The notes under the pieces were generated by a model that was given only the letters and a program-made list of their open reading frames with translations, ran no database searches and was not told the origin of the DNA. Positions 11,834-23,577 of a stretch of 64,000 nt of DNA are shown one piece after another. This DNA is from Blasia pusilla. Its lineage: Eukaryota. The stretch lies in assembly GCA_050084515.1 (NCBI GenBank), contig CM114271.1:9548001-9612000 (forward strand). The letters run 5' to 3'. Numbering within the stretch: position 1 is the stretch's first letter; each line of letters opens with the position of its first letter. Both the position numbers and the translations under genes were made by a program.

Positions 11834-12962
11834 TGTAATGTCTAAGTGTTTCTTATTTACAGTCAATTGTAGAGTTCGATCCCCAAGAGGATCATTGTTG
11901 GATGAAAAGAGAGTATAAAGTGATGATTATGTTGTAAAAGTGTAATTGGTTTTGTAATTCGAATGCAATATTCCAGTATCAGCTTCCGATCCTTCTTAGT
12001 ACCTAGGTTTTCTTCTTCAATTCTCTCGAGTGGAGTTTAAAGGACGCTCAGGCAATTTGTTTTCTCAACATTTCGGAACCTCACAGAGTCCTCAAGAATA
12101 AAGCTGGCTTCTCCTACTTTCGGAACTCAATCCGTCAGGGCAGGTTACTCTCTGTCAAACAGATTTCATACAACTTTATATTGATTATTCCATTGATGAG
12201 AAAGGTTTGCTTGATTCACTCTTCACTTAGCAGACCCAAAAAGAATGTTCAGACATAAGCATCGCACATCAGAATGAATGAATGAATGCTTTACTACTCC
12301 ATCAAGAATTGGAAGACTTCAAAGTATCTACAAGCTCGAGAGGGTACAACTCTCTTGCTCGGACCATTCCTACAGCATAAGGACTTCATGAGCGAATGAT
12401 GCTAATAGCTTCTGTCCTGTTTCTTAAATATTCTCGAGAGTAGGATCGTTTCTATGATCCGAAGCGTTCTTGATGAAGGGTGTGTCTTTTCAATATCTTT
12501 AACTACCTAGATCTATGGTTCTCTTAGCTTTTCCTACGATCCCTATGAATCCGCGGTACAAAACCGTCCTAACTACCAATTTGATATAAAGGGTCGCGCC
12601 CTTTCCTAGTCTCATTCTGTAAACTATGTGTCGTTTCGAATCTCAATCATGCTGAGCTTCGCTGTGCTAAATTTCCGGAGGACGAAGTTCTTCTTTCTTC
12701 TTCGTGCTTCGTTCAAGAGCGAGGTACTTTGTATATAGAGCTTTGTTGAGCTTCGCGTTGATCCTTTATACTTCTTTACAGCTTTTGATTCTCCTCTAAG
12801 GCAAATCCTTGATCTTTATCTCTCTGCCTTGTCTTCGGAGCTTGGTGATTCACTTATTCTTCTTCATAATAATAGATAATCATAATCAAAATCATAATAT
12901 ACAAGAGTATTCGTTGAATAAAAAGATATATTCTTCAAGATTACAAAATTGTGGGTATCACA
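11834..12962 (-). repeat. 5' LTR of element A
   Basis: Direct repeat of 2627-3753, followed by TSD CCGCC. Confidence 0.95.
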
Positions 12963-13676
12963 CCGCCTCATGCCAAGAGGTTCAACAAAGAGAGAATGAG
13001 CTCTCAAGCTCTCTCTCTTGGAGGTATATCCCCTTCCCGCTCTCGAGCTCTCTCCTTGGTAACCTATGCTCGTAGGTCACCTCCTTGGCTCTTGACCTGT
13101 TGTAGCGGGTCAAGGGCCACTTCCCAAAGTGGAAATTCAACTATACTCCAAATGGAAACTTACCTCAAGTAGTAAGTTTCTCTATATGGCTCCAAATGAG
13201 CCGAAACATAGGGGAAACCTGCTCTGCCAAGTTACTCGTGGCCTCAACAAGTCATCCTCAACCTCTTGAGGCTTTCCTCTAGTTTCTTTGAAGGCGGTCT
13301 TCTAGATCTTGCCAATCTATCCTAACAGTGGTGACAATTGTCGTGCGCATACATATCGCGACACAACATACATTGATATCAACGAACATACTCACAAATA
13401 CGCACAATCCCATGCACATACTCACAAATACGCACAATCCCATGCTAACTCATGGCATCCAAACAATAAGACAAGAAGTACCAAAATATCTCCAATTGCC
13501 CCTCTAGCTAGTGGTTAGGTCCCTCTAACTTCATATTGCCATCTATCCCTACCTACCATGACATACATCTCTCAAACGCTAAGAGCAAAAAGGCCAGATG
13601 CTCATGTGGGCCCATCATGAGTCGCCTTCTTGTCATCCATGTCACACACACAAGTCAGAATCTAGAACTACCTACT

Positions 13677-14460
13677 CTATGTACATCTAGGACACATCCA
13701 TCACCCTTGAGGAACCCTAGTGAGAGGTGGCATCAAACATGCCATATGCCATCCTCTCAAACACCCATCACAGACTAGCATAGTGGATGCACCACGATCG
13801 AAACCACACAAGATACATCGTAAGCATATAGGAACTACTGCTAAGCTTAGATCAACTGTATCGTCAATGTTAGGAAGGTGACATGGTGCACACTTACGTA
13901 CATGATCCTTCCAAACCATACCATCGCGTCCCTCCAATAAGAGAACACCAGATGGCAAAACCTCACGCACTCTGAAAATGGTGCGCCCTGCAGTCATATC
14001 CAACGTCATGGGTGCCATCTGCTGCAAGTAGACATAGTCTCCCTGATGAAACCTATGGATAGTAGGTTGATAACCACCTCCTTGAATAGTGGCATACCTC
14101 ACCGTATCCCAATGTTGCGCAATCGCTAAGTTCTCAAACGCCATGGGCATCACTCTCCAAAATAACTTAGCCCTCTGAGAACATGCTCACATCCATACAT
14201 GAGGGTCATCAAGGTTCAACACCTCACCAAGATCTCGATGAATGGCCGTAGGTAAATTTGGATCTCGGCCATAGAGTAGCAAGTACGGTGAGAAAGACGC
14301 TAAGGATGCCTGCCTGCTGAATTTGTATCCCATCACTAACCACGGTAACTAGATGTCCCAATCTCCTAGGTGACCTCTCTGCAAGCCATACTTGCATAAT
14401 CCTCTCTTCAGCATTTGCACAACTCCCTCCGCTAGTCCATCTGCCTTAGGATGATCTCGT
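13677..14460 (-). pseudogene. Integrase C-terminus with PHD finger (copy B)
   Basis: RDHPKADGLAEGVVQMLKRGL...CILCGFDRGASTMLVCDGCLRGWHMACLMPPL...WMCPRC, homologous to 33840-34622. Confidence 0.9.
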
Positions 14461-14503
14461 GTCCCTACTCTTATCCTCATATTGGTATGGTGCCCTATAC
14501 ACC

Positions 14504-15733
14504 TGTAATACCCACAATTTTGTAATCTTGAAGAATATATGTTTTTATTCAACGAAGAATCTTGTATATTATGATTTTGATTATGATTATTTATTATTAT
14601 GAGGAAGAATAAGTGAATCACGAAGCTCCTGGGACAAGGCAGAGAGATGGAAGATCAAGGATTTGCCTTGTAGGAGAGGAAAACGCAGTAACGAAGTCTC
14701 AAGACTCATAACAAAGCTGAATGAAGCTTAGCGAAGCTCAATGAAGATGTACGAAGCTTTGTTTTTTAAGTGCTTCGCTACATAATGAAGTATCACGAAG
14801 AAAAGAAGAAAGAAGTACTTCGCTCTTTAACGAAGCACGAAGTACAAAGCGCAGGAGATAAGAACGAAGCATGGAGTACTTCGTCCTCCTGAAGTCCAAC
14901 GAAGCGAAGCTAAGAAGGACTGTGATTTCAAGAGACACACGTTAAAACAGTTAGACTAGGAAAGGGCGCGACCCTTTGTATCAAATTGGTAGTTAGGACA
15001 GTTTTGTACTGCGGATTCAGAGGGATCGTAGGAAAAGCTAAGAGAACCATAGATCTAGGTAGTTAGAAATAGTGAAGAGACACTAGCTTCATCAAGAACG
15101 TTTTGAATCTTAGGATCACTTCCACTCCAGCAAATATTTAAGAAGCAAGGCAGAAGCCATAATCATCATTCTCTTACGAAGTCCTTATATTCTAGGAATG
15201 GTCCGAGCAAGAGAGTAGTATCCTCTCGAGCTTGTATACACTTTGAAGCTCTCTCGTTCTTGATGGAGTAGTAAAGCAATCATTCATTCATTCTGATGTA
15301 CGATGTTTATGTCCGAGTATTCTTTTTGGGTCTGCAGAGTGAAGAGTGAATCAGGCAAACCTTTCTTATTAGTGAAATAATCAATACGAGCTGTAGGAAA
15401 TTTGTTTGACAGAGAGTAACTTGCCGAGACGGATTGAGTTCCGAAAGTAGGAGAAGCCAGCTTTTGTATTGAGATCTCTGTAAGGTTTCTTGATGTCGAG
15501 AGGAAAATCTACCTGAAGATGCTTTCAATTCCACTAGAGAGAATCGAGAAAAGATCCTTTGGTACTAAGAAAGATCAGAAGATATTGATAAGACATTGAA
15601 TACAACTCACACACAGTTAAATACAACTATTACAATAGAATTGTGATTCGGAACTCTCTTTTCATCAAGCAATGATCCTCTTGGGGATGTACTTACTAAA
15701 ATGACTATAAACTAGAAACACTTGTACATTACA
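14504..15733 (+). mobile_element. Solo LTR, diverged relative of the element A LTR
   Basis: TGTAATACCCACAATTTTG...CATTACA. TSD ACACC at 14499-14503 and 15734-15738. Confidence 0.92.
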
Positions 15734-16024
15734 ACACCTCCTGCATTCTTGGAACTTCGGGCTCCTTCCTTCCAACCCCCCCCAACACAAATCTTCTCGG
15801 CCAACCTTGGCGACCCCTACGTCCCTCTACCCGCTTAGGCATGGCGCCCTATGCGGCGCCCCCATGCCTTCCGGCCGTAACTTCCCTCAGTTATAGTGTA
15901 CATGGTAGGTACAGGTGTACCTCCCAGGTTCAATAGAGCCTCCGCACATGTCCTTATGGACGCGACCCTACACACAACCCTTACCTTTCGCTCTTGCTCC
16001 AGCCCTGGTCGGACAACCCCATCT

Positions 16025-16055
16025 TGTGAATCTACATCGGCATATAGAGCCTCGT

Positions 16056-16100
<45 letters not shown>
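16025..16100 (-). repeat. Piece 3 of the split 5' LTR of Gypsy copy E, including the (CA)22 microsatellite at 16057-16100
   Basis: Reverse complement TGGACGAGGCTCTATATGCCGATGTAGATT matches 26349-26378 of the 25950 LTR. Confidence 0.7.
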
Positions 16101-16102
<2 letters not shown>

Positions 16103-17544
16103 GCTCGTATTCTAGCATGAGAGAGAGGAAGAGAGAAGAGTCTCTCTTAAAAAAAAAAAGGGCAGAATCCGCCTCCTCTCTTCAAAACTTTTTGACATTA
16201 TTGAAATTTTTGTTTGCTTTCAAATTCATGAAATCTTTAGAAGAGAATAGCAAGTGGAGCACATTCAGGCCTAAAGTAACCTTCTTTTTCCAGGCTTGGA
16301 AAAAGAAGTAGACATCATAAAACCACTACAAACATCCTTCCATCATGTGAGCCCAATTTTCTTCACAGTGCCCGACAAAGCTAGCTCTACAGTAAGTCGG
16401 GCAGAGGGGTATTATTGTTGGAGGACCATCGGCAGATAATTTGACCAGAAGTAGCAATTTCATCTCAATGAAAGGTTCAAATAAAGACTCTAACTATGGT
16501 CTCAGTAGACTCATGTGCCCTTCAAGGTTTAACTTCTCTGAAGATGTGGTTGACATTATGGATTGATGACTCTTCTTGCAAGGCATTAAATATCCCATCC
16601 AATCAATACTCATCCATGAGGGGGTTTTCCACAACAAAACAAATCACTCATCACCGATGGCAGCCGAAGACTTTCATGTCATCATTGGATGATGTTGGCT
16701 CATGAATGGGTGCATAAAGTATACCATGGAATGCTCTACCTTTGATAACTTGGTTTTACCATTCTCTTAGCCATTGAGAAATGTATGCATCAAGAAGAAA
16801 ATGTGATCAGACTGAGACGACAATTGAACCAAAAGGTTGATAGCCGTCAAGAGTAAGAGGAATTGATGCACCCATGTCCCTTCATTCACACCCTAAATGT
16901 TGGAATCCAACAAGTTGCACCCCTTCCAGCACCGTCGGAATCTGATAGGTTGCATCCCTTGCAAGCAAGCACACCACAAAAAAAGAAGGATCTTGACAAG
17001 TGATTCCATTCCGCCCTGCATCCCATGAGAATCCGACAGGTTGGGAATCCGACATGAGAATCCGATAGGTAGTAGGAATCCAACACGTCTCTGAAATACC
17101 GTGTTAGAGAATAATGGGAAGACGATAATGGGGGAACGAGGCAAAAGTGAAGAAGCATGCCATAATGCTTGAAAAGTTGGACTAATAGGAAAAGAGTGGG
17201 ATCACTCAAGTAGCCAACCTGTCGACAAGAACAAAAAACAATTCAGGAAAAGTTTACAAAAACCATCATGGTTCAAAAACTTCTTGTCCTTTATTACATC
17301 CGAGGGAAGCTCAAAAATGTACATTTGGTCTAGTCTATGATTTCTTCAGCCTCGTTATCTACAAATTTACTCCTAACCCTCCTAGGTTCTAGTACAAAAG
17401 GAATGTCTTGGGATACAAGTAGCTCCTCTGGCCGATTGTAGACACGGATCATAAATGTTGGGGAATTCGAGAGCCTTGCCCCCTTGGAGAAAAAAGGGAA
17501 GAATCCGCCTCCTCTCTTCAAAACTTTTTGACATTATTGAAATC

Positions 17545-20500
17545 TTGTAATCCACCTTCGCCACTTTGCAAAGGTCAAAAAGTTCTGGCCTTCCCTCAAG
17601 GCAGAGAATGCTCCTGCCACTCTGCCAAGTGCCTTTGATACTTGCCCCTGATAGGCCCACTAAGTCAAAGACCAAGTCACCTAGCCTCGAGGAGAGCTTG
17701 ATGAGCGTTTGCATCAAGGAAGGTGACTTCTCCCTTCCTCCAAGTAAGGGGGTCCCATCCTCCATGTAAATTCTCCGGGGGGGGATTGTAGAGACTATCT
17801 AAGCTATACCCATCGGAGCATGGATCCGGGATCTTGAACACCTAGAAGTTGTGCTCAGGCCTTACAAAGTAGTAGAAAAATGAGTGGTCCATTTGTAAAC
17901 AAGCAGGTGGAAAATAATATCAACAAAAAGAAAAATCTAGTAGACGTCGGGATCCGACGGGTTGCTCATTTGGCTAGGCAGAGGAGCAACCTGTCAGATT
18001 CCGACAGGTTGCTTTTCAACCCGTCATACTAGTCCATAGTGATTCCTAACCTATCTGAACTTCGCCTATAGGCATGACAGAACACCAAACTGTCGGAGTT
18101 CGACGGGTTGGCCATGAGCAACCCGTCAGGAGCCGACAGGTTGCTTTTCTTGCTGGACAAAAGCTCCACCTGTCAGAGTCCGATGGTTGGCTTACAACTG
18201 AATAAAATTGTTAAGAGTTGAGAACTTCCAAATATGAGAGCAACCCGTTGCTTTCAGATGGGTTGCATCACTCCATAAGCATGTGGAAAAGCAGTGCTAC
18301 TTTCAACTCGTCAGGTTCCGATGGGTTGCAGTCAATCGAGACTTGTTGGTGAATTTGCAACCCATCGCTTTCACATGGATTCCAACACCGTAGACACAAG
18401 TTTTTGGGATCCAACACGTTGCATGCAGAGATGCAACACGTCGGAGTCCGACGAGTTGAATTTATGTTCAAACTCAATTCGTTGAAAAAGAGGACTTACC
18501 CGGACTTAAGTCGTCGCCGATTTGAGTGGATGCTCGTTTTTAATGACCCATAATTGCGCCGTCCCCACTTTAGCAACCTCTTCATGCATTGAAGGTTTAA
18601 GATCTCGTCTTTGCTCCCTCCATTCAGGACCAAGAAACAACCTTTGTCACTCAGATACGCGTCGGCAAAAGAAAACAACAACGCGATTTGGTCGCATTTA
18701 AAGCGAGCATCCGTCGACTTTATGCCTGGAATAAAGGTCGCATGCAGATTGTTGTCCCACAAGAAAAAACCAGAAGGCAAGTCCGCAATGAGGAGTTCCA
18801 CCGCCATCTCCTCAACAACCCCATGCACCGTCTAGGGGGTGCCCATTTTGAAGGAGTTTTCGTCCCAGCACAGTCAATTTGTCGATGGCAGGTGTCGACT
18901 CATGAGAAATGAAACTCTGCAGCTCATCGACAAGATGAGTCAAGTGAATAAGGACATTTATCCTAGTGCTTGTTTCCCTATGCCTGCCCAAGGATGATGG
19001 AATGTATTCCACATCCTTATCTCCTCCCTTGGATGAACCAGGCGCCTCCCGCTTGCGCTTCTCCAGAGTCTGCTGTCAGCTTGTGGGAGTCTCTGTTACC
19101 TCAGACTCCACATGAGTTTTCTTGGACAAGGACTTGGTCCAGTCCTCCCGCCCTGCTCGCTTGGACGATTCCGCCTCTCGCCTTGAGGAATCAGCCTCTT
19201 TTCTAGAAGGCTCGGCCTCGAATTCCTGGATCCCCTCGCCTTGGCTTTCAAACCCATTGTGGATTTGTCTTTGGCGGTGACAACCTTTGCCACCAACTCC
19301 GTTGTCTCAAGGGCTTGCTCCTCCACATCTCCTTCGAAAAAAATCTTCAGGCTTCACGAAGTTCGGAATGTCATCCCTACCTACGACCACTGCATCATAC
19401 ACCATGCGTAGATTTTTTCTGTAATGTCCCCTGGGTCGTTGAAGTCCAACCAGATTGGACAATTGATAACCTCCCAATCAGACATGACATGTCCCATCTC
19501 CATGTCGTACATGGAGAATCCCTCTCCATCAGGCGAAGAAGCCCAAAATTTGCAGGCTGCCGGTAATTTTTGCCAGGCACTTGCATTCATACAATTGATG
19601 AGGTACCTGTACACCATCCGTTGGGCAGCACTTTGTCGAGATGACTCGGCCGCCCGGTCCTGAAGATCCCGATTCTTATTTTCAAAATCCCATTCTCTAG
19701 CGTCTATTTCCTCATCTAGGTCTACCTGAGGGAGGATGTGATTCTTGAACATCATCCTGAATCCTGGATTTTTTGTGGGCTTATCTCTGATGTCATCAAG
19801 CCATAGTTCAAAATCTTCTGCAGCCTCTAGGTTTGCTTCCTCTGCAACTTGCTCAATCTTCTTCAGCTCCGCTCGTAGACCCACAATTATGGACTTCTCG
19901 AGAAGGCACAATGCGTCCTAGAATGACCATTCACGTAGCCAATGGGAGATCACTGGATCTGAAACTCTCGGAGGGTGGTATGCCACCCGCTTTAGGGCTT
20001 CAATGCCCTCGAGACACTTTCTCTCCGATCTGACCCTGTGGATCTTTGTCTCTCTTCTGATGGCGCTTGATCATCGCCTTGAGCTTCTTATAAAACTCCG
20101 GGCCAAGTTCAGGGTTGAGAATCACAATGTAATGCTACATCTTGCTTGCAGTGTACTTTGTAGCTATAGATAAGGCAGCCTGAATAAACTTTGCACGTTT
20201 CGACGTTGACACGTTCGCCCTTCGCTCCAGTTCCAACGAAGCCCTCTTCTTGACAGCCTGGATCTTGGACCAACGTAGGATTATGACGGGTGCATCTTGG
20301 GAAATAAAGGTATTTTCCTAGGTCTTTTTTTTTATTTGAGCTTCCTTTGCTACCATCTCATTTACCAGATCGTCGCCCATGAATCCCTTGTACTCTGTCG
20401 GGTGCGTCGTAAGCACCTTCTTCATCCTGTCACAATCTTGGATCCAGTGGTGGGTGATGTCCCCCTCGGATACGATCGTGCACATCCAAACACAAGGTAA

Positions 20501-21998
20501 GAATACTACAAGCTATCGGGTTCCTGCAACCTGTCGGACTCTGACGGGTTGCAATTCTGTCAACCCATAGGGGTCGAAATGGTAGCACATAGATAAGTGT
20601 TGCAACCCATCGCACTCCCGACGGGTCGCAACACTTATCTTTGTGTTACACTTATTGCAACAGTCTTGAGAGAATTGCAACCCATCGGAGTCCGACGGGT
20701 TGCACTCTCTGTTTGTGACTCTCTGGTCCAACCGATCGGTTCCTCTTATTCCTTGGTTTCCAAGTTAAAAACTGCACATATCAACCCGTCAGAGTCCGAA
20801 GGGTTGCGCAATGGCCCTTTAAAGCTGGAATTGGATGCCTAAAAGCAAGCTCTCAGACTCTGACCACTTACCCTGGGGGAGGAAATGCAACCCGTTGGAG
20901 TCCGACGAACTGCTTTCGGCCAAAAGTATCCAAAAAATAGCGAATAGTCCAACAACTCGTCGGAGTCCGACGAGTTTCTTTTAGGCGTCCGATTTCAATC
21001 ATTCTTCTGAACTCTTGATCTCTCATCCTCCATAAAGTATCCAATGCCTCCAAGTCCTCTTCCGTCACCAGAGCTTGGGTTCCATGTTCATCGTAAGGCT
21101 GAACATAGAACTGAGGGAAGTTGTCGATGTAGGATGAAGTCGATGCCGACTGTTTGAGCTTTGCAATGTCCTCCTTCCACTGAATTTCTCGGACGTACTC
21201 CATTTTCCGCAATCAAAAAAGTGGAATTCTTGGGGCCTTTTGGCCCTCCATCAGTGCCATTTTCTTAACAACCTGCCACAATGGGGACCAAGTCAATAAA
21301 ATACAGTGTTTTGCCAATGAATTGCATAATGAGCCTTCACATAACCCGAATTTTTCTTACCCTTCAAAGATTGGGTTGGTGTCCAGGCCCGCCAACTGCT
21401 GTGGGACAGCAGCTAGCAAATCCACGGGAAACTCATCGATCCGATAAAGGTTGATTTCTTCCATCGGGCTCAAAGACGATGAAGACTCTTCTCTTGCTTC
21501 TTCATAGATGTCCACCATCTCCACACTTGCTGTCCTCGTGACCTCATCATCCGTCACTTGAACTTCGACCGTTTCCTCAGCCAATTTTTTATTCATGGTG
21601 TCCCAAGACCTCATCGGAGACATTTCTTGCATCTCAACACTCTCTTTTGGACGGGCGGGGCTTTCTTCAAAGGCCATTGTTTTTTCCCTTTGAGCTTTCG
21701 CCAATTCTGCTCTCCTAACGGAGGGGTCAAGACGCTTCTTCTCGCGTTTCTCGTCCGCGAATCTTTTCTTCAAGGCCTTCGATGCCTCAACCTTGGCGTT
21801 TTGTTTACCAAGCTCCTCCAGAACACGTTTTGCTAGAACCTCTTGCCTGTGCATATGTGCTTCCCTTTCCCGCTCCTCTATTTCTTGTTTCCTTATCTCA
21901 TTTGCCGAACGAGGACCTCGAGATGGTGACGCAGGAGTCCTGATGGACTTAGGAGTGATGCTCCCTACCTTGGTTGCTTGTGTTTTCTTTCTCGTCAT
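17545..21998 (-). pseudogene. MULE accessory multi-exon gene ending in a beta-class N4C/N6A methyltransferase-like domain (~18890-17580)
   Basis: Chain of minus-strand ORFs 21357-21998, 20868-21212, 19381-19911, 18496-18828 and 17382-17765, with a GTAAGT donor at 18499. VELLIADLPSG (cf. VDLIITDPPYG), ADAYLSDKGCFLV (cf. RVLKPGGxLxV), then EKSPSLMQTLIKLSSRLGDLVFDLVGLSGAS...GRSILCLE. Confidence 0.65.
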
Positions 21999-22434
21999 GG
22001 TGCACGTTGGGTCAGTTCTTCCTCCTCGACAGTCTTATCTGCTCGTGTGCATGATAGATCCCTCAAAGCGTTTCGTGATGAAGCGCCATGACCCTAAACC
22101 CAACTATGTTAGCGTTTTGTGATGAAGCGCCGTGACCCTCCAGCGGATGGGCCAAAATCAAACCTTGGAAGCGTCAGGTGCTGGATCGTCGTAACCTTCG
22201 AGCGAAGGGATGAATGTAACCGAGTTTGGCAACGGAAAGGTAACGTCAGCTGTTGCGAGAAAGAGTACATGAAATCGTGAAATGAAAAACGGAAATGAGC
22301 AAAATCTCAACCTTTGAGCTCACTGTTGGGTCGAGCCATTGAGCTGACCGTTGGGTCAAGCCATTGAGGTGACCGTTGGGTTGTACCGACAGTGACATGT
22401 CGGACGTTAGGGAACTTTGCACGTGGGAACATAG

Positions 22435-22810
22435 GCAACCCGTTGGTCTCCGACGGGTTGCACGCTTCCCTCTTCTTGGGGATACAAGGCGAGGTACCTA
22501 GGAAACGTGTCAGAGACCAACGGGTTGCACGCATCCCTCGTCATCAAGTAACAAGGCGAGGTACCCAAGAAACCCGTCGGAGACAGACGGGTTGCACACT
22601 TCCCTCATCTTGGGGTAACAAGGCGAGGTACCTAGCCAACCTGTCGGAGACCGAAAAGTTGCACGCTTCCCTCATCTTGGGGTAACAAGGCAAGGTACCC
22701 AACCAACATGTCAGAGACCGACGGGTTGCACGCTTCCCTCATCTTGGGGTAACAAGGTGAGGTACCCAAGAAACCCCTCGGAGACCAACGGGTTGCACAC
22801 TTCCCTCGTC
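22435..22810. repeat. ~5.5 copies of a ~67-bp tandem repeat between the two divergent MULE genes
   Basis: Unit GGGTTGCACGCTTCCCTCATCTTGGGGTAACAAGGCGAGGTACCCAAGAAACCCGTCGGAGACCGAC. Confidence 0.9.
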
Positions 22811-23577
22811 CTTGGTTAAGAAAGCGACAAAGCGTAGCCCCGAGGCAACCCGTTGAAAAATGACGGATTACAAGGTCTACCCTGGGTTGGACACTTCCCA
22901 CCATACGGCAAAACTGTACTCACGGTTTGCACGGTTCATTGGACAAGAGAAATCGACGCGAGATCCCCCCCGCAACTCGGTTACCTCCAGAAGGGAGAGT
23001 GAGGTTAGGTGCCTTTCCAACCTGTGGTAGTCCCCAAAGGGTTGCCGTAGCAAATCCATGCGAGGTCTTGTGGATCCCGACTCCAATCAGACAGGTTAGA
23101 CATGCAGGGGATACCAACCCAACGGACCCCGACGGGTTGCAAGTTGGACTCGGACTCTAATAGAAGATGGTCGTCCATGGCTTTGCAACCAACGTGTCTG
23201 AGTCCCAAAATTTGCAATCCGTCGGACTCCGACAGGTTGTAACAGGATTCAATCCATTGCGTGAGACAATCTCACCTACCAAACAACATCTTGTCAATCA
23301 AATTTTGTCAGGAGAATAACGGTCATAATTCACTATAAATTAAATATTCTCCTTCTCATTCTTATTCTTATTCTTATTCTTATTCTCCACCCGGTGGAAT
23401 AATCTGGGAATGGATAATTATGTGAAACTCACTTGTGGCAGTCATCTAGCGGCCCTTCCTCAATCATAAATAATTCGACCGAAAGCTTGTGAGTCTTACA
23501 TACCAGTCGATGAAAATTTCCTCTCAGTTCGATGTCTTCTCCAAATTGGAACAATCTTTGTTTCCAAGGATGTTAGG

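Larger units (their letters stand above)
2627..12962 (-). mobile_element. Full-length Ty3/Gypsy LTR retrotransposon A (Athila-like, non-chromovirus)
   Basis: Two near-identical ~1.13 kb TG...CA LTRs. 5-bp TSD CCGCC (2622-2626, 12963-12967). tRNA-Asp PBS, PPT, gag-PR-RT-RH-IN order and an extra 3' ORF. Confidence 0.95.
2347..14460 (-). mobile_element. 3' portion of DNMT/PHD-family Gypsy copy B (integrase-PHD, polypurine tract, B-A-B terminal repeat), interrupted by element A
   Basis: Integrase-PHD at 13677-14460. Purine run AGAGGGGCAA at ~13496-13505(-). LTR 13336->12968 plus 2626->2347 with TGTCAC...ATGACA ends. 2347-2473 is repeated at 13339-13496. Confidence 0.75.

Noticed and set aside
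17580-18890. Bacterial restriction-modification contamination
   Set aside because: The domain is split by an apparent spliceosomal intron and embedded in a MULE nested among plant LTR elements. No endonuclease or operon is present.
22435-22810. CRISPR-like array (palindromic repeats at regular spacing)
   Set aside because: The intervening sequences are also repeated, so there are no unique spacers. There are no cas genes, and the context is a eukaryotic transposon.
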